Origin: Bacteroidales bacterium UBA3816 | GTDB lineage: Bacteria > Bacteroidota > Bacteroidia > Bacteroidales > P3 | Reading direction: 5' to 3' | Assembly (NCBI GenBank): GCA_002368955.1 | Contig: DFDY01000125.1 | Span: 20,049 to 78,841 of the forward strand | DNA length: 58,793 nt | Shown: positions 25,001 through 32,697 of the stretch, piece after piece | Numbering within the stretch: position 1 is the stretch's first letter | How the letters are laid out: each line of letters begins with the position of its first letter | The notes under the pieces: generated by a model | Database searches by the model: none | Told to the model about the DNA's origin: nothing | The model's input: the letters and a program-made list of their open reading frames with translations, nothing else | Program-made: the position numbers and the translations under genes

Positions 25001-27222
25001 TCAACGGCGTGGCAGGTGCCACCAACAGCTCCTCCTATTATCTGCCCATCGGGGGGCGCTATGCGCTGCCAGCCTGCTGGACAGTGGCAGTCCTCGACCC
25101 CGCTGGCGGCACTTCTGGCTCCAACGCCCCGCAGGTGTTTGTCAGCACCAATAGCTCCTACAGCTATAACGGCAGCCAGTTCCTGGTCATGCGTGGCTAC
25201 AGCAACACCAAGCCCGCCCTTGCCGCCCTGCCCCTCATGAGCGATGCCGTGCAAAACCTTCAAATCGACTTCGACTATCGCCAGAATTCTGCCTCCTATG
25301 GCCAGTTGGAACTGGGCGTGATGACCGATGCCGACGACACCACCACATTCTTCCCATTACAAGTACTTCCCCGTACCACCAGCTATGTCCACGTGCAGCA
25401 CGACTTCACCCTCGACTCCACCATTCCGGTCGGGGCGCAGTATATTGCCTTCCGCCATTGGCAACAGAACAGCTATAGCAGCTACTGCAGCTATATCGAC
25501 AACGTTTCCGTCACCGTGGCACCCCTTTGCAAGCCTGTACACAATCTGGCTGTGAGCATCAGTAGCGACACTGCCGACATCACTTGGACCAGCACCGTCA
25601 GCGGTGCCACCTTCGAAGTGGGCTATGGCCTTGCTGGCACCGATACCGACAGCCTCACCCTCGTCGGAAACATCTCCGACACGGCTGCCCAGCTGGTGCT
25701 CCCCAATGGCCTTTACGACATCTATGTGCGCACCAACTGTGGCATCGCCTCCAGCCCTTGGGTGGGACCCGTCAGTGCCGCCACAGGCCTCTTCGTGATG
25801 GACGGCACCGACACCCTCAACGCCTGCGGCTATGTGCTGGTGGACCATGCGGGCCTCGATGCCAACTATGGCAACAACCGCCGCGATACCGTGGTGTTCC
25901 TCCCCGCCGACGGCTGCACCACCTATAGAATCAGCGGCCACGTCAGCACCGAGAACAACTACGACTATGTCTACCTTTTCGACACCCCCGACGGCGCCTA
26001 CAGCAGCCGTTACTGCGGTGAGGCCGACATTAACTTCACCTCCTCTACCGGCTTCCTCAAAGTGGTCTTTACCTCCGACGGCAGCTCCGTGCGTGCCGGT
26101 TACATGCTGGGCGTTACCTGCCAGAACCTTCCCGTGGCCATGGCCGACAGCCTTCAGGCAACCGTGGTGGGCGACAGTGCTGCCACACTCAGCTGGGCAG
26201 GCTCGGCCACCACATGGTTGGTCAGTGTCGACGGTCAGACCGACACCGTCCTTGGCCACAGCCACACATTCACTGGTCTCGACCCCTTGGCCCTGCACAC
26301 CTTTGGCGTGGCATCCATCTGCGGCGCCTCCGACTCCTCCAATTGGGCCACCCTCAGCCTTCGCCTTCGCTATAGTGTCAGTGCCACCGCTTCCGACAGC
26401 ACCATGGGCTCCGTCAGCGGCAGCGGCGTCTATCCTTTGGGCGAATATGTAGAGCTTACTGCCACGGCTGCTCCGCACTACCATTTTGTCATGTGGGACG
26501 ACAGCCTTACCACCAATCCCCGCACCGTTTATGTCAGTGGCGATAGGACTCTTGTGGCCATCTTTGCTGCCGACAGCTACACCGTCAGCGCCACCAGCGC
26601 CGATGAAACAATGGGCATCGTCAGCGGCGGCGGCATCTACCCCTATGGCGACACCGTCACCCTCACCGCCACCCCCGCCGAACATCACCATTTCGTCATG
26701 TGGAACGACGGCCTGACCGAACCCGTCCGCACCCTGGTGGTCCTGGGCAGTGCCTCCTATGTGGCCCACTTCGCCCTAGACAGTGTCACCGTTTCTGCCA
26801 CCAGCACCAATCCCGACCAGGGCTTTGTGACCGGCAGCGGCACCTATGCCTATGGCGCCACCGTCACCCTCACTGCCATTTCTCATCCCGGCTATCATTT
26901 TGCCAGCTGGAGCGACGGACTCACCGACAGCGTCCGCACCTTTGTGGCCACCGCCGATGTGCAGCTCTCTGCCACCTTTGACGCTAACCGTCCGAACGGT
27001 ATCGACCCAAGCCCGGCGGATGCCATCAGCATAAGCCTCGAGGGATTGGACATCGTTGTCAATGGAGCTGAAGGGCAGACAGTGACCATCTTTGACCAGA
27101 CGGGCCGCATCCTTGTCAGCGAAATCTGGTCCCTGGGCAAACGTCACCGCATGCCTGCAGCAGGCGTATACCTTGTACGCGTCGGTCACCACCCCGCCCA
27201 AAAGGTGGTCGTGGTCAGATAG
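22015..27222 (+). CDS. Giant secreted T9SS cargo protein with a DUF4430-like N-terminal domain, Fn3-like/LPxCW modules, a CUB-like module, 3 InlB-B-repeat-like units and a type A CTD
   Basis: Signal peptide MLKKLTTLCAGLLMAAGLHAQ. NGWCYYLNGSWAMNAYGNQPVADGDVIEV motif (nt 22417-22503). C-terminus ...GQTVTIFDQTGRILV...AGVYLVRVGHHPAQKVVVVR. 1735-aa uninterrupted ORF. Confidence 0.85.
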   Translation: MLKKLTTLCAGLLMAAGLHAQGQDNNRLYGNPQQAGQGIYRTMQQGSKGISFSTDDIEFWCGTGSNEGTVIIAWDDSGTETAYVWGVRWNGSNTALGMMDSIAAHDSRLTFSYTSSLMGNVQYSDGTTTLSSSTNGWCYYLNGSWAMNAYGNQPVADGDVIEVSATCMFTMTTATAVADPNPSAPHGSTRVSVGNGTVGTNLTPFCTYYNHGTTELLYTASELNYWSGVVDTLWFEANSGGNMPYSHLKIYMGTTSATQLTSWESLDNLQLVYSNDYGYLTSTAGWEPFVLNTPYYYNGTDNLVVVTCRQGTIYSSNQTYRYTSTDGRALYLQSDDSSSFGTLAGAARNTPTTTLYRTNLRLSIDTLGTIPCPRPDSLAVDSLSPYYAHLNWQTDRPAGGWALTFSPAVGGTTDTVVSVAGIDLNGLVPSTEYTVTVRTICDAGDTSRAVSIDFVAPCLALTAADLPYVEDFNGYAMGSDEAISPCWNKGTNYSSYNYPYTYRSTNIDGSNCLYFYAYRPSSSYSTRVYSYAALPAYDGDLSGLMLQFDMRSYSGTSSNPDRYCSRMIVGVMSDPTDTSTFEPVDTVSIATLNTVMHAQVYFENYSGSGRYVALMDLPIDSADMPVRGTLPTYSWIYVDNVVLAPIPTCRPVSDLTVQALDHNSATLSWHENGNATSWVIGYGSTSLEVSTNPYTLTGLAGSTAYTIGVAPLCSAIDTGEVSTVSITTDCDPVPVPFVDDFEGYGAGSSAVMNTCYRKGTNYSTAYPYPANSHTTATSSRCLSFYGSASCYSYLAFPAMDTAISQLVLSFKALKTNEAYGVFYVGTMSNANDLSTFEPYDTVVVNGLDQWEDKDVVFANYSGTATHIAILTRASATGATQYAFVDDVMIDIVPTCFNVSDLHSVDSLATSSSLTLSWTDHSAAIGYQIGYKRHSYDPFTYVTATANPYTLGGLLPNTDYILSVTPVCAVGDTAWTRLCTGHTTCADTTPLPYAENFNGVAGATNSSSYYLPIGGRYALPACWTVAVLDPAGGTSGSNAPQVFVSTNSSYSYNGSQFLVMRGYSNTKPALAALPLMSDAVQNLQIDFDYRQNSASYGQLELGVMTDADDTTTFFPLQVLPRTTSYVHVQHDFTLDSTIPVGAQYIAFRHWQQNSYSSYCSYIDNVSVTVAPLCKPVHNLAVSISSDTADITWTSTVSGATFEVGYGLAGTDTDSLTLVGNISDTAAQLVLPNGLYDIYVRTNCGIASSPWVGPVSAATGLFVMDGTDTLNACGYVLVDHAGLDANYGNNRRDTVVFLPADGCTTYRISGHVSTENNYDYVYLFDTPDGAYSSRYCGEADINFTSSTGFLKVVFTSDGSSVRAGYMLGVTCQNLPVAMADSLQATVVGDSAATLSWAGSATTWLVSVDGQTDTVLGHSHTFTGLDPLALHTFGVASICGASDSSNWATLSLRLRYSVSATASDSTMGSVSGSGVYPLGEYVELTATAAPHYHFVMWDDSLTTNPRTVYVSGDRTLVAIFAADSYTVSATSADETMGIVSGGGIYPYGDTVTLTATPAEHHHFVMWNDGLTEPVRTLVVLGSASYVAHFALDSVTVSATSTNPDQGFVTGSGTYAYGATVTLTAISHPGYHFASWSDGLTDSVRTFVATADVQLSATFDANRPNGIDPSPADAISISLEGLDIVVNGAEGQTVTIFDQTGRILVSEIWSLGKRHRMPAAGVYLVRVGHHPAQKVVVVR
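26371..26979 (+). repeat. Three tandem coding repeats of about 68 aa (divergent InlB B-repeat-like)
   Basis: YSVSATASDSTMGSVSGSGVYPLGEYVELTATAAPHYHFVMWDD / YTVSATSADETMGIVSGGGIYPYGDTVTLTATPAEHHHFVMWND / VTVSATSTNPDQGFVTGSGTYAYGATVTLTAISHPGYHFASWSD; units start at about 26371, 26575 and 26782. Confidence 0.8.
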
Positions 27223-27237
27223 GAAAAGACTGATTGA

Positions 27238-27618
27238 CTACACTTCCGAAGGAGGGCAGGCGCGAGCGGCCCTCCTTCTTTTATTTCCCCCGGCGGCTAC
27301 AATGCCATAGGATGCTGCCACGAGCGAACGCAGCAGATGCGCCGGGGCGACTGTGGCATCCACGCCAATCCAGTATTTGGACGAACAGTTATAGGGGTTG
27401 CCGATGAAGGAGTGCTGCTCCTTGAGCGATTCGATTTCCTCGGGAGGAGCTTTCAGGTTGACTTGCTCTAGGTGGTTGATGTCAAAAAAGAGGAACATGT
27501 GGCCGTGGGTGTAGAAAGCCAGCACGTCGCGGGCAGCGGCGAACTGCTGGAAGGGAAATTTCTCTTCCACCTCGGGTCCTAACCCGAGGGCATAGTTGCG
27601 GAGTTCTTCAACGTTCAT
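27238..27618 (-). CDS. MmcQ/YjbR family DNA-binding protein
   Basis: MNVEELRNYALGLGPEVEEKFPF...YWIGV pattern typical of the family; 126 aa. Confidence 0.65.
   Translation of the reverse strand: MNVEELRNYALGLGPEVEEKFPFQQFAAARDVLAFYTHGHMFLFFDINHLEQVNLKAPPEEIESLKEQHSFIGNPYNCSSKYWIGVDATVAPAHLLRSLVAASYGIVAAGGNKRRRAARACPPSEV
27249..27286 (+). terminator. Terminator after the 1735-aa gene
   Basis: AAGGAGGGC-11 nt-GCCCTCCTT followed by CTTTTATTT. It overlaps the 3' end of the convergent ORF. Confidence 0.6.
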
Positions 27619-27910
27619 GCCCTAATAACTTTCTTTGTACCCATTTTATTGTACGAACTGAAGAAATTGAGTTCTGAATAGCGTATCATGAGTGACAGCC
27701 GCCCCACTTAGAATTCAAAACTCGGAATTCAGTAATATAAAACAATAGAAACGCCTGAAAGTCAGTCTTCCTCCGACCAGCCGGGCGAACCAATGGTTTT
27801 CCCACCCACGGACTCTCTTTGGACTATCAAAAATCCCCGTCCGGCAGCAAGAGGCAGATGCATGGTCGCAATGGTGCCAGAAAGGCTTTTGCGCATTCAT
27901 TTTTTTTTTG

Positions 27911-27918
27911 TACCTTTG
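27911..27918 (+). promoter_or_regulatory. -7 promoter box TACCTTTG upstream of the helicase gene
   Basis: TAnnTTTG preceded by T-tracts, 21 nt before ATG 27939. Confidence 0.6.
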
Positions 27919-27938
27919 CATTTTTAAATTTGAGAGCT

Positions 27939-30389
27939 ATGGAAATGAATCCGCAGGTTGAACTGGCTGAAAGATATGTGATGGAGACGGGCGTATCGCT
28001 CTTCTTGACCGGCAAAGCTGGGACGGGGAAGACTACTTTTCTGCACCGAGTGGTGGAGCACTGCAACAAACGCAACGTGGTGCTGGCCCCCACGGGGGTG
28101 GCTGCTGTGAATGCGGGCGGGGTGACGATACACAGTTTCTTTCAACTGCCCTTCTGTCCCTATCTGCCCGATGTGCCGGAGCTGGTGACGGAATATCAGA
28201 TGAGCGACCAGAAGAAACAACTGCGTAAGTCAAAGATTGACATTATCCGCACGTTGGAACTGCTCATCATTGACGAGATAAGCATGGTGCGGGCCGACCT
28301 GCTGGACGCGGTGGATGACGTGCTGAGGCGCTATCGACGCAACAGTCGTCCCTTTGGGGGCGTGCAGTTGCTGATGATAGGCGACGTGCAGCAACTGGCT
28401 CCTGTGGTGACGGACGACGAGAAGCCCTATATGGACCGCGTCTATCCCTCGCCATTCTTCTTCCACAGCAAGGCTCTGCAAAGGGTGAACTATGTCACCA
28501 TTCAGCTTACCACTATTTACCGTCAGCAAGACCCCACCTTTGTGAGGCTGCTGAACAATATCCGCGAGGGCCGTTTCGACAGCGAGACATTGAGGGCCTT
28601 GAACGCCCGAGTGAAAGCCTCCACTGTCGCCAGCGGCCCCAGCAAGGCCGGCGAGCAGGACCCCATCCTACTGACCACGCACAACTATCAGGCCGACCGT
28701 GTCAACCACCAGCGCATGGAGGCCTTGCAGACCGAGCCATTCATGCTGCAGGCAGCGGTGGAGGGCAATTTCCCCGAGTCGTCTTTCCCCACGGAACGCG
28801 AGCTGACATTGAAACCAGGAGCACAGGTGATGTTTGTGAAGAACGACAGCAGCGGTGCCCACCGCTACTACAACGGCAAGATTGGCACTGTGGAGGGCCT
28901 GCGTGAGGAGACGGACGAGGAGGGAAAGAAAGAGAGGGTGGTGGCCGTGGTGGACGAAAACGGAGACACCATTCGCGTGACTCCGGAGAGGTGGGAGAAC
29001 GTGAAGTATGAGATTGACCCTACTGACAACCAGATAAAGCAGGTGGTGGATGGCACGTTCACACAGTTTCCGCTGAAGACGGCCTGGGCCATCACTATCC
29101 ACAAGGCGCAGGGGCTTACCTTTGACCGCGTGCAGGTGGATGCCTCTGCCGCGTTCACCTACGGACAAGTGTATGTGGCACTGAGCCGCTGCCGCAGTCT
29201 GAAGGGACTGACGCTGCTGGCCCCCATCAGCGAGCGGAACGCGTTCGGAAGCCAGGACATTGACCATTTCAACAGCACCCTTACGAAGCCCGAAGAGGCT
29301 GCCGAACGGCTGGAGGGCTACCGCAGGGCGTATTACTATGAGGTTCTGTTCGAGCTGTTCGGCTTCGGGGCGGTGCAGCATGATGTGGAGGGGTTGGAAA
29401 GACTTTTCCAGAATCATCTGCGCACCACATATCCCGAGATGTGCAGCACGCTGACTGAGGTGACGGGAACGCTTTCGGCGCAGGTGTCGGACGTGGCTGA
29501 ACGGTTTCGCAGGCAACTGGGCTCCATAGGACAGATGGGCGATGAGCAGTCGCGAGCACTGATGGCAGACCGTATTGCAAAGGCCACGGACTATTTCTTA
29601 TCGCAGTTGGAACAGGTGCACGAAAAGGTGCGGCCGATGCTGGGCGTGAGTGTGGACAACAAAGAGGTGGCCCGCCGCCTCAAGGAGATTGCAGAAAGTT
29701 ATATGAATTCCATGGGGCTGAAGGCCGAACTGCTGAAATTGGTACGGCAGGAGGGGTTCGACATAGCAAAATACCAGAAGGCCAAGGTCGACTTTTCGCT
29801 TCAAAAGCCCAAACGCCAGCGGGTGCAGAGGGACGAGGAGGTATACGGCAATGTGCGCAATCCCAAGCTGATACGCATACTGACCAAGTGGCGTACCCGG
29901 TTGGCCAAGGAGAACCAACTGCCTGCCTACACCATCCTGCAGCAAAAGAGCCTGCTGGCCATTGCCGACCAACTGCCGAGGGACGGCAAGGCACTGATGA
30001 AAATTCCGGGGATGGGCACTGCAAAGGTGGCCAGATATGGAGCAGAGATTGTGCGAATGGTGGAAGACTATGTGGAGGAACAGGAGGAGAAGAAGGAACC
30101 CACTTGGATGCGGGCGGCGCGGCTCTATGCCCAAGGCAAGTCGGTGGAGGACATCGCCGGCGAGATGCTGCGGGCGGTGGGCACGGTGGATGGCTATATC
30201 TATACTGCCGTGGAGAATGGGGCTTTGGATGCCGACCTGGTGGTTTCGGAAGAGGCACAGGATGAGATTGTGGACTATATGCTTGAGCATCGTGAAATGA
30301 GCACGCTGAAAAGTGTTTATGAACATTTTGAGGGCAAGTACAGCTACTTGGAACTGCGGGTGGCACGATTGCAGATGAAGGATTTATAG
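27939..30389 (+). CDS. PIF1/RecD-family ATP-dependent DNA helicase with C-terminal HRDC and HTH regions
   Basis: Start moved to ATG 27939 (MEMNPQ...). Walker A GKAGTGKTT, Walker B LIIDEISM, QGLTFD motif, HRDC-like LPAYTILQQKSLLAIA...IPGMG. Confidence 0.85.
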   Translation: MEMNPQVELAERYVMETGVSLFLTGKAGTGKTTFLHRVVEHCNKRNVVLAPTGVAAVNAGGVTIHSFFQLPFCPYLPDVPELVTEYQMSDQKKQLRKSKIDIIRTLELLIIDEISMVRADLLDAVDDVLRRYRRNSRPFGGVQLLMIGDVQQLAPVVTDDEKPYMDRVYPSPFFFHSKALQRVNYVTIQLTTIYRQQDPTFVRLLNNIREGRFDSETLRALNARVKASTVASGPSKAGEQDPILLTTHNYQADRVNHQRMEALQTEPFMLQAAVEGNFPESSFPTERELTLKPGAQVMFVKNDSSGAHRYYNGKIGTVEGLREETDEEGKKERVVAVVDENGDTIRVTPERWENVKYEIDPTDNQIKQVVDGTFTQFPLKTAWAITIHKAQGLTFDRVQVDASAAFTYGQVYVALSRCRSLKGLTLLAPISERNAFGSQDIDHFNSTLTKPEEAAERLEGYRRAYYYEVLFELFGFGAVQHDVEGLERLFQNHLRTTYPEMCSTLTEVTGTLSAQVSDVAERFRRQLGSIGQMGDEQSRALMADRIAKATDYFLSQLEQVHEKVRPMLGVSVDNKEVARRLKEIAESYMNSMGLKAELLKLVRQEGFDIAKYQKAKVDFSLQKPKRQRVQRDEEVYGNVRNPKLIRILTKWRTRLAKENQLPAYTILQQKSLLAIADQLPRDGKALMKIPGMGTAKVARYGAEIVRMVEDYVEEQEEKKEPTWMRAARLYAQGKSVEDIAGEMLRAVGTVDGYIYTAVENGALDADLVVSEEAQDEIVDYMLEHREMSTLKSVYEHFEGKYSYLELRVARLQMKDL

Positions 30390-30392
30390 GAT

Positions 30393-31139
30393 ATGAGATT
30401 AAGACTGGCTGTTTGGGTCATGCTGTTAGGGCTTATGGCCGGTTGCAGGGGACCGGTGGGGGAGATAGAGCACGGTAGGGATTCTGCACCCGACAGTGTG
30501 GAAGAGAAGAAGCTTTTGGCTGCAGCCGACTCGCCAATGGAGACGCGTCTGAGAGAAATGGGACTGGTGGATGTGCAGGAGTTGGATGCAACCATCGGTG
30601 TGCATCTGGTTTACGCCACGGAGGAGAACTTTATGGGAGAGGTACTATATCGTGACCTGCACAAGGCTTTCCTGCTGCCAGAGATGGCTGAGCGGGTGGT
30701 GCGGGCGCAGGCACTGCTGAAGGCCGAGCGACCGGAATTGTCGCTGATGATATTGGATGCCGCACGGCCGCTTTCTATCCAACGTAAGATGTTTCACTTG
30801 GTGGCAGGCACGCCACGGAATATCTATGTTTCCAACCCCAAGCATGGACCAGGGTTGCACAACTATGGGGCTGCGGTGGATGTCACGCTGGCCGACACGT
30901 TGGGTCGGCAACTGGATATGGGGACAGAGTTTGACCATTTTGGCCTCGAGGCTCATACGGACATTGAGACCCAGTAGGTCCGTGATGGTAAAATCAGTCA
31001 GGAGGCCCTTGAAAACCGCCGTCTGCTGCGCCGTGTAATGAAAGAGGCGGGACTGAAGCCTCTGCGGTCGGAGTGGTGGCACTTCAACCTCATGTCGCGT
31101 GAGCAGGCCCGCCAGCAGCTGAAACCAATCGACTGGTGA
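30393..31139 (+). pseudogene. D-Ala-D-Ala dipeptidase (VanX/DdpX, peptidase M15D) lipoprotein gene interrupted by an in-frame TAG at 30975-30977
   Basis: The ORF stops at TAG. The same frame then continues for 53 codons to TGA 31137-31139 and encodes ...RSEWWHFNL, the conserved Glu/His active-site motif of the family. Confidence 0.7.
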
Positions 31140-31324
31140 AAGCACAAAAGAGGTGACTGTCACGAGGCTTTTGCGATAATTTTATTGATTAATTGGTTCA
31201 GGCTAGCAATATCATTACGATTATAGTAAAATAAGAATTCTTGCCGATTATCAGATGTACTATTAAATTTTGCCATAAAGTAGAAGGGGGGGGCATTCGG
31301 ATGCCGTTTATTCGCTGGTATGGG

Positions 31325-31873
31325 TCAGAGAATGGCTTTGATACAGTCTTCTACTTGGGCCATATCTTTGGTGGGTTCGAAGCGGGCTACGACCCGGCCG
31401 TTGCGGTCGACGAGGAATTTAGTGAAGTTCCATTTGATGTCGGATGAGGTGCGCCAGTCGGTACCTGTCTTGTCGAACATGTCTACGAGTAGAGGGGCAA
31501 TCTTGTTGTCCATGTCGAAGCCTTCGAAGCCTTTCTGGCTTTTGAGGAAGGTGTAGAGGGGCAGCTCGTTGGGACCGTTGACTTCGCTTTTCTTGAACTG
31601 GGGGAAGTCGGTGCCGAAACGGAGGGAGCAGAACTCGGTGATTTCGTCGTCGGAGCCGGGGGCTTGATGGCCGAACTGGTCGCAGGGGATGTCGAGGATT
31701 TCGAGTCCTTGATCCTTGAGTCGGCGGTAGATGGATTCGAGGTCTTCATACTGAGGGGTGAATCCGCAACCGGTGGCGGAGTTGACTATGAGGAGGACTT
31801 TGCCTTTGTACTGGTTAAGGCTGACGGTGTTGCCCTTTTTGTCGAGCAGGTTGAAGTCGTAAATTGTTGTCAT
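31325..31873 (-). CDS. Glutathione peroxidase family protein
   Basis: LIVNSATGCGFTPQY and PCDQFGHQAPG motifs; 182 aa. Confidence 0.85.
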   Translation of the reverse strand: MTTIYDFNLLDKKGNTVSLNQYKGKVLLIVNSATGCGFTPQYEDLESIYRRLKDQGLEILDIPCDQFGHQAPGSDDEITEFCSLRFGTDFPQFKKSEVNGPNELPLYTFLKSQKGFEGFDMDNKIAPLLVDMFDKTGTDWRTSSDIKWNFTKFLVDRNGRVVARFEPTKDMAQVEDCIKAIL

Positions 31874-31894
31874 ATTGAGTGTGTGTTATTTGTG

Positions 31895-32593
31895 TTATTC
31901 ATGAATGTCTTCAATGGCGCGCTCCAGGAAGAGGTTGAGCGGAAGGCTGGCCTTCCATACTTTGAGCACTTGGTCGAAAAGTTTATCGGTGAGGATGTAC
32001 TTCTCGGGCATGTCGTACATGGTGGTGTAGTCGGTCCATTTGAGTAGGTCCACATCTGGCCAGTCGGCGGGAAAGCCCTTGGGCGGACGGCTGAGTTTCT
32101 TGCGGGTGAAAAATTGGTTGCCGAAGTATTTCTTGTAGTTGGGTTCGTTCATGATGGCTTTGAACTCGTCGGTGCAGTAGAATATCTCCTGCCTGATAGC
32201 GGCCAGCTGTTTGGGAGTGGGCATGAAGAAACCGCCACCGAGGGAGCAGCCTCTTTGCAGACCGTAGTCACCAACACCCACCTGCATATAGTAGCCTGGG
32301 GAGCAGACGGTGCGGTCGCCGCCGGAGTAAAGGAAACAGGCAATATGGGTCTTGTAGGGACGTTTGTCGGTGGTGAAGCGTAGGTCGCGATAGATGCGGT
32401 AGACGCATTGTTTGGCCTGCAGGTTGCGCAGGCCGGAGTCGAACGGGGTCATGGCATCGATGAGGGCTTGGGTGAAGTTGAGGAAGTCGGACTGGATGGC
32501 GGTCCAACGCGGTTTGTTGGCATTGAACCAGTCGCGATTGTTGTTGACAAGGAGCTCATTGAAGAATTGTAGTGTGTCTGAGTGTATTCTCAT
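31895..32593 (-). CDS. DUF2461 (TIGR02453) family protein
   Basis: FFNELLVNNNRDWF...YRIYRDLRFTTDKRPYKTH pattern. Confidence 0.75.
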   Translation of the reverse strand: MRIHSDTLQFFNELLVNNNRDWFNANKPRWTAIQSDFLNFTQALIDAMTPFDSGLRNLQAKQCVYRIYRDLRFTTDKRPYKTHIACFLYSGGDRTVCSPGYYMQVGVGDYGLQRGCSLGGGFFMPTPKQLAAIRQEIFYCTDEFKAIMNEPNYKKYFGNQFFTRKKLSRPPKGFPADWPDVDLLKWTDYTTMYDMPEKYILTDKLFDQVLKVWKASLPLNLFLERAIEDIHE

Positions 32594-32618
32594 TTTATAA
32601 AAATATCATTTGAAAATG

Positions 32619-32647
32619 CAAAAATACGATTTTTTTTCGTAATTTTG
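32619..32647. promoter_or_regulatory. Back-to-back divergent -7 boxes (minus TATTTTTG 32619-32626; plus TAATTTTG 32640-32647)
   Basis: TAnnTTTG on both strands between the divergent DUF2461 and MFS genes. Confidence 0.5.
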
Positions 32648-32697
32648 CAATCTCGTTTTGTGAAAAGAAATTAAAGTAACAAATATTAATAACTATT

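Noticed and set aside
7272-30977. Two in-frame TAG codons (7272-7274 and 30975-30977) suggested possible amber stop-codon reassignment or recoding in this genome.
   Set aside because: Both giant T9SS genes terminate with TAG exactly at the natural end of their C-terminal sorting domains (8790-8792 on the minus strand; 27220-27222). TAG therefore functions as a stop here. The two cases are better explained as a nonsense mutation, adjacent genes, or sequencing error.
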